Shown here one piece after another: positions 54,601 to 64,000 of a stretch of 64,000 bases of DNA. Each line of letters opens with the position of its first letter. Position 1 is the first letter of the stretch. Under the pieces are notes generated by a model, which saw nothing but the letters and a program-made list of their open reading frames with translations, was not told the DNA's origin and did no database searches. A program made the translations under genes and the position numbers. The DNA is from Macrostomum lignano (Eukaryota): assembly GCA_002269645.1 (NCBI GenBank), contig NIVC01003499.1, positions 1 through 64,000 on the forward strand, read 5' to 3'.

Positions 54601-56937
54601 AGCTGGCACCTCATTGTCGCGTTCGGCTGTTCAAGACAGCATGGGCGGCAAGACCCAGGTGGCGGCCCTGTTCTCGTCCACATTGCTGCTTCTAGTGCTG
54701 CTCTTTATTGGGAAATATTTCGAATCGGTACCGAACTGTTGCCTTTCCGCCATCATCATTGTTGCGATCAAAGGGATGCTGGAACAGGCCAAGGAGGCGC
54801 CAGTACTCTGGCGCCTGTCACCCTACGATTTCTGGACCTGGATTGTGGCCTGTCTGGGCGTCGTTTTCCTAGCAGTGGATTACGGCCTAATCCTCGGGCT
54901 GGCCTTCTCTGTCTGCAGCATCATTGTTAGAACTCAGTCGCCCACTTCTTCTATGCTGGGTCGCATACCGGACACGGATCTGTACAAGAACGTCCTAGCA
55001 TACGATGACGTGAGCAAAGGGTGTTTGGGTAGGCCTGCTAAGATAATAGCTGAAGGAGTGAAGATTAGGTGCTTCAGTTTTTAAGCGTTGTTTTTGTTTC
55101 TGGTTTAGTCAATGATGTGACTCACAGATAAGACTTATACACAGTTTGTGCGAAGCCCGTGAGCCGTGTGGAGTTTCTAACGCTGAAATTTTGGTTCATT
55201 GGTGGACGTCTGCGTTCCAGAGAGTCGATCAGATAGTCTAAGTTCTAGTCATCAACTTTTCTGATATTCTGTTCATTCCTGATGACGGACAGTATCTGGC
55301 ATTTAGATTGTTGAATAGAGTTAACAGTAAGCCATAAACAGTTAGGGTCGAAGTCATACGGATGAGGTGTTAGGTAATATTGAGGGAATTTGGGGTTGTT
55401 TAGCTACAGTTTTTGCATTATGTACCTTGCTGCATTTTTTTTCAATTACATCCTAACAATTTGCCTCCCCAACAAAGATCGAATTGGTCGACGGCGTTAA
55501 AATCTTTCGCTACGAGGGCTCGTTGTACTTTGCTTGCGCCGAGAACTTTCGCGACAGTCTGTACCACAAGAGCGGCGTGCATCCGCGCAAGATGCTGCTG
55601 GCCAGACGCAAACTCACAGAAAAGTACGCTAAACTAGCGGCTAAGAAGCTGCAAAAATCGCCGGAGGTGTTGAAGAAAGAATTTTCTAAACTGACCGACT
55701 CTGAACGATCCGAGGCTCTGAAAGAATTTGGCCTTCAGTGGCCTCCAGTGCCGGTGGATCACGTGATTTTGGACGCCTCCACCTGGGGCTACATTGACTA
55801 CGTCGGCGTGCGAGCTTTGAATCAGACAATTCAGGAATACAAGGAGGTCGGCATTCGAGTGTACTTGGCGAATCCGAAATGTGAGATTTTTCTAGAAATA
55901 TGAGTTTTTCAATGACTAGCCTAGGATATTGAAGACGTATCAGGCTTGACTATGCTAAAAAAGAATTATCACCAAATTCTCGATCCTTAACCGTAATTTT
56001 TTAGCCCTTGTCGGTCACGCCATCTACACTGTAGACGTCAAATTGAAATTAACCCAAAATCTATTCAATTGAATCACATTGTGTTGTTCGCGTGCGGTCA
56101 TCTAGTATTCAATTCTATTGTAGAACGCGTTTGCTTTATTATAATACTGACTCCAGCTCGTTGACTTCTGCTTTGAATATTCTTTTTGAGATAGAGTCAC
56201 GCCCGTATCCTGTTGGCCTAATTCAAGGATATAAAAATTGTTAAACTCCTGGTGCTCCTGCAGCGATCCATTCCCAGAAGACAGGCAACGAAACTCACAA
56301 GTCCTCTCCTGCTATCCTTGCCACCTAGATGCACCTACAAGCTCGTTATAGTAGGCATGTTATCGGATGAGCGTACTTACACTTACATGAGCGTACTGTC
56401 TGTGAATCCTCGGCCTTGACTTTCTCATTGGCAGACAGTATTGATTGCACGAACCCATAACAAGTAAACATCATGCAAAAGCAGACAGACGCACCGCAGA
56501 ACCGGAAACTTTGGTGCCAAGATCAGATCAGATCAGGAGGGGCTATCGTTCTGTCTACCTGACCTACCTGATGACTATCATGAACAACCGTAGACATACA
56601 TGTACGGTAGTCATTTATTGCAGCTCTTGCTCAAGTGTGTAAAAAATGCCATTTACCGAATTAACCAATCATCACAGGCGGCATTCGAGCCTGTCTGCAG
56701 CGCTCCGATTTCTACGAGAAGAACGAACCGGACATCATCTACGTCTCCGTGCACGACGCTGTCCTTGCCGCGCAGTGTGAACAGAGGGAGGCCGCCGCCA
56801 AAGGCGGTGACACTCGCGCCGTCGCTGCTGTACAAGCCGCCAACTTGCCTGTCAATCAACCGGCTGCTGATGACGATGGCGCCCGTGAAGCTGCAATCGA
56901 AACTAGTGCAGAAGATAACGCTGATTTAAAGGCATAA
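48655..56937 (+). CDS. SLC26/SulP anion transporter (prestin/SLC26A5-A6-like) with STAS domain, 10 exons: 48655-48709, 48976-49500, 51274-51671, 52183-52347, 52823-52978, 53062-53144, 54246-54396, 54545-55009, 55478-55880, 56678-56937
   Basis: [95 protein letters not shown].S..IDYVG and VSVHDAV. All nine introns are GT-AG with matching phases. Confidence 0.93.
49570..50310. repeat. 42-bp minisatellite in SLC26 intron 2 (GATTGATAACCTCTGACACCCGATTGTCCTAATGCGAGGCCT)
   Basis: Direct inspection. Confidence 0.95.
51860..52090 (-). mobile_element. SINE-like repeat, truncated copy in SLC26 intron 3
   Basis: GTCGTCAGCCATGTACACTCTGTCTGCCTTGGGGGTTAGCCCTC...ACAACAAGCCCCTAATGAA matches the 11.8-kb copy. 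Confidence 0.55.
53290..54115. repeat. ~31-bp minisatellite in SLC26 intron 6 (CTCAGATCCTTCAGTGGCTGCTGCCCCTCCC)
   Basis: Direct inspection. Confidence 0.95.
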
Positions 56938-57009
56938 ATGAAACTGCTTCTGTGTGAACTGTGGCGTGCGTAGGAATTTGTCTTGCCAAGGGGATGAAAC
57001 CCTTTGGTG

Positions 57010-57700
57010 TCTTAGGTACGAGCCTATCCCTTAGGTGGGCTTCAATCTCTCTTAGGTGGACTCTACTGTCTCTTAGATGGAAGCCACTGTCTTTTAGGTG
57101 AAAGCCATTGTCTCTTAGGTGGGTTCCACTTGCTCTTAGGTGGACTCGCCTGTCTCTTAAGTGGGCTCCACTGTCTCTTAGGCGGGAGCCACTGTCTCTT
57201 AGGTGGGCTCTACTATCTCTTAGATGGAAGCCACTGTCTTTTAGGTGAAAGCCATTGTCTCTTAGGTGGGTTCCACTTGCTCTTAGGTGGACTCGCCTGT
57301 CTCTTAAGTGGGCTCCACTGTCTCTTAGGCGGGAGCCACTGTCTCTTAGGTGGAAGCCACTGTCTTTTAGGTGGGAGCCACTGTCTCTTAGGTGGGAGCC
57401 ACTGTCTTTTAGGTGGGAGCCACTGTCTTTTAGGTGGGAGCCACTGTCTCTTAGGTGGAAGCCACTGTCTCTTAGGTGGGAGCCACTGTCTCTTAGCGGG
57501 GGCGCCTATCTCTTAGGTGGGAGCCACTGTCTCTTAGGTGGGAGCTACTGTCTCTTAGGTGGGAGCCACTGTCTCTTAGGTGGGAGCCACTGTCTCTTAG
57601 GTGGAAGCCACTGTCTCTTAGGTGGGAGCCACTGTGTTTTAGTTTGGAGCCACTGTCTCTTAGGTGGGAGCCACTGTGTTTTAGTTTGGAGCCACTGTCT
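57010..57700. repeat. 21-bp minisatellite (CTCTTAGGTGGGAGCCACTGT)
   Basis: Direct inspection; starts ~70 bp after the SLC26 stop codon. Confidence 0.95.
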
Positions 57701-58689
57701 CTTCATCATAAGTACCGTATGTAGAAGCCGTGTCCAAGAGGTGGCTATCGTGGAGCTCCCATCATTCACCGAGGTTGTTGGCCTCATTAGAAAAGACACA
57801 CTTTTATGGAACGTGCCTATGATTTTTTGGTGGATTGGAGGGATCATGGACCCCGGCCTCACCGCGTACAGCGTGTACACCACTGTGTGTGAATAAGTCT
57901 GCGTTTCAGAGCCAGGTAACTTTTTCCAAGAAATAAGGGACTTAGAGGAATACAACGGTGGAGGGAACACCTTGCAATACCTGTGAACCCATGTACCCAC
58001 AGCTGACAAATCTTCGGTAAAGGTATGAAAACATTCATGGTTTTAGGTCGCAAGATTCCAAAGGATTCTACAAACTGCTTTACTTGCTGGATTATTTTTT
58101 CTCTCAATTTTTTCTTCTCAATCACAGCTCTGCAATTATTTTATCTCGCATCATCAACTCAAATGCAACTTTATTTAGACGTCATAAAACATTTTATAAA
58201 AACTGGATTGGTAAAAACTTTATCGCTTACTACTAGTAATACATAAAGAATCCTTTTTGGAAATTATCCTTAGCTGAGGCCACTTACTTTATCAGCAGTT
58301 AATGCTTTTAAATCAAATTATGCTCTTTATACATTTCTTTTCAACCTAAATAATACAATAATGAGTTTTTTTGAGCTGTCTTAGATATACTGTTTAGTTC
58401 CTTAGATGCGTTCCATTTTTCTGTTTATTAAATATCCGAAAATCTATAATAATGCATAATCATAAACTGCAATTTTTTTGTTTCTTTTATTACTGTGCAA
58501 CTGTAATTCCAGTTTTTCTTGGAAATGGTGTTGTTTAGACTGTCATAACTGCAACCGCAATGTACACGTGTATTATGCATGACAATATTGCTGCAATCGT
58601 AGATATTTGTCTAAGAATTTCTCTCAAACTTGAGAGCCTGGGAATCATCACTTTGCGCCATAGTGACACTGGCGTATTCGCTGACCTCT

Positions 58690-59085
58690 CGTGACCCCCT
58701 TATGACCCTTAAAGATCTCCCCTAATGACTCTTTTAATGACCCCACTTAATGACCCGCTCATGACTCCTTTAACGACATCTTAATGACCCCTTAGTAGCC
58801 CCTAATGACCCTCTAATGGTTCTTTATAAAGAGTCTAACGACCCACTAATGACATTTTCATGACTCCTATAATGACCCTCTTAATGACCCCCTAATGAAT
58901 TTCTCACGACTCTTTTAATGACCCCCTAATGACTCTCTTAATGACCCCCAAATTACCCTCTTAATGACCCTCTCATGACACTTTTAACGATATCCTAATG
59001 AAACTTTAGTTAGTGACCCCCTAATGACCCTTTTAATAACCCTCTCATGATCTAATTTATGACCCTCTAATGACCCCTTTCCAAG
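58690..59085. repeat. Degenerate short-unit repeat built on (T)AATGACCC
   Basis: Direct inspection; unit length is irregular. Confidence 0.75.
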
Positions 59086-59429
59086 AGTGCAACAGTACAA
59101 GTACACAAATTTAACTACATCAAAATTCACAAAGTTACATGTATATCTCACTAATTGCATCTACTGTCCATCCGAATTGTATCTGAATATATTGATAACA
59201 GGAATATTTATCACTGCTTCATTTCCGGCAAATGGGAAATATAGATGTGTACTACAAAGTCCCTTATGAAATGCATAATATATAGCAAATAAATATATAT
59301 CATTTTAATTGGCAATGCATATACAAAATTCCGTTCAATACGTTTTATCATCTGCAAACAGGTCACTGCAAAAGATTTTTAACAACGCTTTTGTTCATTT
59401 CCGTCTATAATTGATTTTTGACAGTTTTC

Positions 59430-61170
59430 TAGTGGCGCCCCTGTCCCTAAGGGTGGGCACACCTGTCCCAAATGGTGGCGCCCCTGTCCCTAATGGTGGC
59501 GCCCCTGTTCCTAACGGTGGTTCCCTATCCCTAATGGTGGCGCCCCTGTCCCTAATAGAGGCGCCCCTGTTCCTAATGTTGGCTCCCCTGTCCCTAATTT
59601 TGGCTCCCCTGTCCCTAATAGTGGCGCCCCTGTTCCTAATGTTGGCTCCCCTGTCCCTAATTTTGGCTCCCCTGTCCCTAATAGTGGCGCCCCTGTTCCT
59701 AATGTTGGCTCCCCTGTCCCTAATGTTGGCTCCCCTGTCCCTAATAGTGGCGCCCCTGTCCCTAATAGAGGCACCCCTGTCCCAATGGTGGTCCCAATGA
59801 TGGTGCAGGCGCCCCTGTCCCTAATAGAGGCGCCCCTGTCTCTAATGGTGGGGCTCCTGTCTCGAATGCATGGTGAGCACCCCTGTTCCTAATGGTGGCG
59901 CCCCTGTTCCTAATGGTGGCGCCCCTGTCCCTAATGGTGGCGCCTCTGTCCCTAATGGTGACGCCCCTGTCCCTAATGGTGGCGCCTCTGTCCCTAATGC
60001 TGACGCCCCTGTCCCCAATGGTGGCGCCCCTGTTCCTAATGTTGGCTCCCCTGTCCCTAATTTTGGCTCCCCTGTCCCTAATAGTGGCGCCCCTGTTCCT
60101 AATGTTGGCTCCCCTGTCCCTAATAGTGGCGCCCCTGTCCCTAATAGAGGCACCCCTGTCCCAATGGTGGTCCCAATGATGGTGCAGGCGCCCCTGTCCC
60201 TAATAGAGGCGCCCCTGTCTCTAATGGTGGGGCTCCTGTCTCGAATGCATGGTGAGCACCCCTGTTCCTAATGGTGGCGCCCCTGTTCCTAATGGTGGCG
60301 CCCCTGTCCCTAATGGTGGCGCCTCTGTCCCTAATGGTGACGCCCCTGTCCCTAATGGTGGCGCCTCTGTCCCTAATGGTGACGCCCCTGTCCCTAATGG
60401 TGGCGCCCCTGTCCCCGATGGTGGCGCCCCTGTCCCAATGGTGGCGCCCCTGTCCCCAATGGTGGCGCCCCTGTCCCAATGGTGGCGCCCCTGTCCCAAT
60501 GGTGGCGCCCCTGTCCCTAATGTTGGCGCCCCTGTTCCTAATGTCGGCTCCCCTGTCCCTAATAGAGGCGCCCCTGTTCCTAATGTTAGCTCCCCTGTCC
60601 CTAATAGAGGCGCCCCTGTTCCTAATGTTGGCTCCCCTGTCCCTAATGTTGGCTCCCCTGTCCCTAATGGTGGCGCCCCTGTCCCTAATAGTGGCGCCCC
60701 TGTCCCTAATGGTGCAGGCGCCCCTGTCCCTAATAGAGGCACCCCTGTCTCTAATGGTGGGGCTCCTGTCCCGAATGCATGGTGAGCACCCCTGTCCCTA
60801 ATGGTGGCGCCCCTGTTCCTAATGGTGGCGCCCCTGTCCCTAATGGTGGCGCCTCTGTCCCTAATGCTGACGCCCCTGTCCCTAATGGTGGCGCCCCTGT
60901 TCCTAATGGTGGCGCCCCTGTCCCTAATGGTGGCGCCTCTGTCACTAATGGTGACGCCCCTGTCCCTAATGGTGGCGCCTCTGTCCCTAATGCTGACGCC
61001 CCTGTCCCAATGGTGGCGCCCCTGTCCCAATGGTGGCGCCCCTGTCCCAATGGTGGCGCCCCTGTTCCTAATGGTGGCGCCCCTGTCCCAATGGTGGCGC
61101 CCCTGTCCCAATGGTGGCGCCCCTGTCCCAATGGTGGCGCCCCTGTTCCTAATGGTGACACCCCTGTCGC
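59430..61170. repeat. 21-bp minisatellite (CCCTAATGGTGGCGCCCCTGT) with block duplications
   Basis: Landmark CGAATGCATGGTGAGCACC recurs at ~59862, 60241 and 60771. Confidence 0.95.
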
Positions 61171-61518
61171 TAAACTGAGTTTCAAAAGGCCAGATTTTGC
61201 CGCCCTCACGGTCTAAACTAGAAATTGACAAGTAACATCAGTCAGTCGAAATTTTACATCAAAGAATGAAGAGTTTCAATATATTGTTTACATATTCAAG
61301 ACATACTTGAGATTCAAATGCCAGCTACAGTTGAAATTATATTATTTATTGTAATTTGTTACCATATAGGAGCAAACATAGGATTATAAACTAACAAATA
61401 GAAAGGAAATTTGCTTGAGTTGCGAAGCCTAGACTGGTTTTAGTTCTATTCGAAGTTGAACGATTAAAATGCAAGTCAGGCATGAAAGTTAAACTTTGCC
61501 TGCATTTCAATTATCTCT

Positions 61519-61520
<2 letters not shown>

Positions 61521-61553
<33 letters not shown>
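61521..61553. repeat. (AT)n microsatellite
   Basis: Direct inspection. Confidence 0.95.
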
Positions 61554-61555
<2 letters not shown>

Positions 61556-61764
61556 GATTGTATACATGGGGCTTTGGCCTATTAATTAATGCGAAGATTC
61601 AGCTAACCTGCTAAGAATTCAAAGCATATCATATTTTCGATTATGATCTTTTTTACACTGTACTTGCATCTTGCATGCACGTCTGGTAAAATCAAGAGTA
61701 AGGAAATGCGAGATTGGAATTTCAAGACAGAAGATTTAAAAATACAAGCAGGAACAAAAGAAGG

Positions 61765-62110
61765 GAATCTCAGGGACTCACAGGGATCCACGGGGGGAGG
61801 GAATCACAGGGACTCACAGAGAGGGAATCACAGGGACTCACATGGAGGGAATCACAGAGATTCACAGGAAGGGAATCACAGAGATTCACAGGAAGAGAAT
61901 CAGTGAATCACAGAGATTCACAGGGAGGAAATCACAGATTCACAGGAATCACCAGGTAGGGAATCACAGGGACTCACAGGGAGGGAATCATATAAAGTCA
62001 CAAGGAGGGAATCACAGAGATTCACAGGAAGGAACTCACAGAGACTCTCTGGGAAGGACTCACAAGGACTCACAAGGACTCTCAGGGAATCACAGTGATT
62101 CACATGGATT
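61765..62110. repeat. ~23-bp degenerate minisatellite (GGGAATCACAGAGATTCACAGGA)
   Basis: Direct inspection. Confidence 0.85.
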
Positions 62111-63559
62111 CATAGGAAGAGGGTGATGATCTTAAATCATAAATGCAGCATGCTATAGTCTGCACTGTCAGTGCAATATTTGCTCACTGCATAGTACATG
62201 TGAATAGAGACTTTCCCTTGTAGTTGTATGGTCAAGGCTCATTCACACTGCCATTAAAGGAGCTATAAAATCACGCGCCCAATGTACAAAGGAATCAAAT
62301 GTGATGTGATGTACAAATTGTGTGATCACCATGGTCACACATTGCAACTCACATAATATATTCACATAGACCATGACTCAGCACTCAGCAGTCGCCAGTG
62401 TCTGCTCAAGTTTCTATATTTTTTCTAGAGCACGCTAAAGTGGGTAGAAGTTGGACTCGGGCTTTTGCTGCAATTTGCTGCAACAGCTAGTCTAGAATTA
62501 GAACGGAAAAACTTCCAACTGAGAGTGTAGAGAGAATTAAAATGAAAGACAAACCATATCTTTCATTTCTTGCTCTAATTTTTTTTCAGTTTCGAGCGTC
62601 ATTGGAGACGGAGAGAAACAGAGCTAGCATTAAAATTGCATTGGAATTGGAAATAGGTAAAATGGAAATGGAAAAATGGAAAAGAAATAAAAAGAAATTT
62701 CTTTACTTGGCCTGTGGCCTGTGGCTGGCAACGCATGCAGATGCAATGCATTCTTTTTAGTTTACAACTCCAAGCCCAGGAGCGTTCTAGCTTCTATTGT
62801 GCTACAAGTGAGGCATTGGCAAGCAAGAGAGAGGGAGAGGGAGAGACGGGACGGGAACCATGGCAACGGCCCCACTTGAGTTATAGCCTCAAGGCTCACT
62901 CCCTCTCCAGCTAAGGGGGCTGCTAGAGTCTGGCAAGCGGGCAGAATTATTGGGCTATGCTATGGCCATGGGGGTAATTGCTGTAGCATACTGCCCGCCT
63001 ACTGCACAGCCGAAGTCCCATGCATGCATGCAGTGTGAGCGTGGAGGGAGTGACGAGACGAGTGAGTAAGCGAGCGAGTGGGCTGAGTCTGAGGGCAATC
63101 CACTGAATCCAGTGCAAGGCGCGCCGGCGTCGCATGGGTGGGTCTCTTAGGGGGTTTGGGGAGGGTGGGGTGCTAGAGAAATCTAGCAAGGGCTGGCTAC
63201 GCCCTCAATACCAATACAGCAGGGCCTAACAGACAGCAAGCATAGACTGGGGTAGAGAAAATCCTTCCTTCCCTTCACACTGGGGGGCCAGGCAGGGTTG
63301 GGTTGGAAATGAAATTTAGGGGGGGGGGGTTGAAGCCTGAGGGTGAGTCACATCGCGTGGCTTCAGCCCCCTCAGCCCTTCACTGCCCAAAATTATCGAT
63401 TTTTCCTACCCCTACTAGGAGTGAAAGCCAGCGCAAACAATTGAGGTACGGGACAGGGGGTTTGTATTTGATCTAAAATCTACAACTAGCGTACACTGAT
63501 ATAGTGTACATGACTGAAAAAACCCCGCCCAACGCCTTCCGACCCATTTTCCGTCCCCA

Positions 63560-63650
63560 CACATCGCTATTGGCAACGCGGGCTTTACAGCATAATGGCC
63601 AGATACCATGTTGCCGTTGGTTACGCCGGGCCAACTCTATAAAATAGAGA
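63560..63650 (+). promoter_or_regulatory. Alpha-tubulin promoter: TATA box and RFX X-box-like motifs
   Basis: TATAAAA at 63638-63644. GTTGCCGTTGGTTAC at 63610-63624 and a TTGGCAAC half-site at ~63570-63577. A further GGAACCATGGCAAC at 62854-62867. Confidence 0.55.
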
Positions 63651-63760
63651 ATTCTGAGCCCGCTCCGAGACGCCTCATCGCCAGCTCTACAGCTAACTTC
63701 AAGCTCGTCAAAGCGTTTTGTCTTCTACAGTCTCCACGCCTCTTTCTAGGCTAATCAACC

Positions 63761-64000
<240 letters not shown>

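Noticed and set aside
56959-58002. Possible hAT-like MITE enclosing the 21-bp array (CTGTGGCGTGCGTAGG / CCCATGTACCCACAG)
   Set aside because: TIR match is weak and the flanking 8-mers (TGTGTGAA vs CTGACAAA) do not form a TSD.
59430-61170. Interstitial telomeric repeat (CCCTAA in each unit)
   Set aside because: The hexamer is never tandem; it is only part of a 21-bp unit.
10200-62110. CRISPR-like appearance of the many 20-45 bp repeats
   Set aside because: Units are head-to-tail without unique spacers, there are no cas genes, and the context is eukaryotic.

Overview
Eukaryotic (metazoan) genomic DNA with spliced genes, GC-rich exons and a different 10-45 bp minisatellite in most introns and intergenic gaps. 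This style resembles a free-living flatworm such as Macrostomum (inference only). Genes recovered by hand: the 3' end of an RNF213-like gene, TCTEX1D2 head-to-head with ENO4, a DOMON-cytochrome b561 (FRRS1-like) gene, an atypical ER Hsp70 (signal peptide, degenerate ATP-binding loops, short lid, C-terminal KQEL), a CCHamide/bombesin-type GPCR, a 10-exon SLC26 anion transporter and the start of an alpha-tubulin. The most striking structure is a 9.16-kb near-perfect DNA palindrome (956-10118). It has two ~4.5-kb arms around a 75-bp spacer and CACTA-like termini. It sits inside the TIR of a Harbinger MITE, part of an 11.2-kb four-element nest (Harbinger, palindrome, hAT MITE, second Harbinger) in the interval between two RNF213-like coding segments, most likely an intron. 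The insertion order can be partly read from the target-site duplications. Also present: an RTE fragment with an 11-bp TSD, a Tc1 fragment, a tRNA-derived SINE family, satellites with higher-order structure, a candidate poison micro-exon and exons of an unidentified gene. Homologies are from recalled family motifs, not database searches, and tandem-array borders are approximate.
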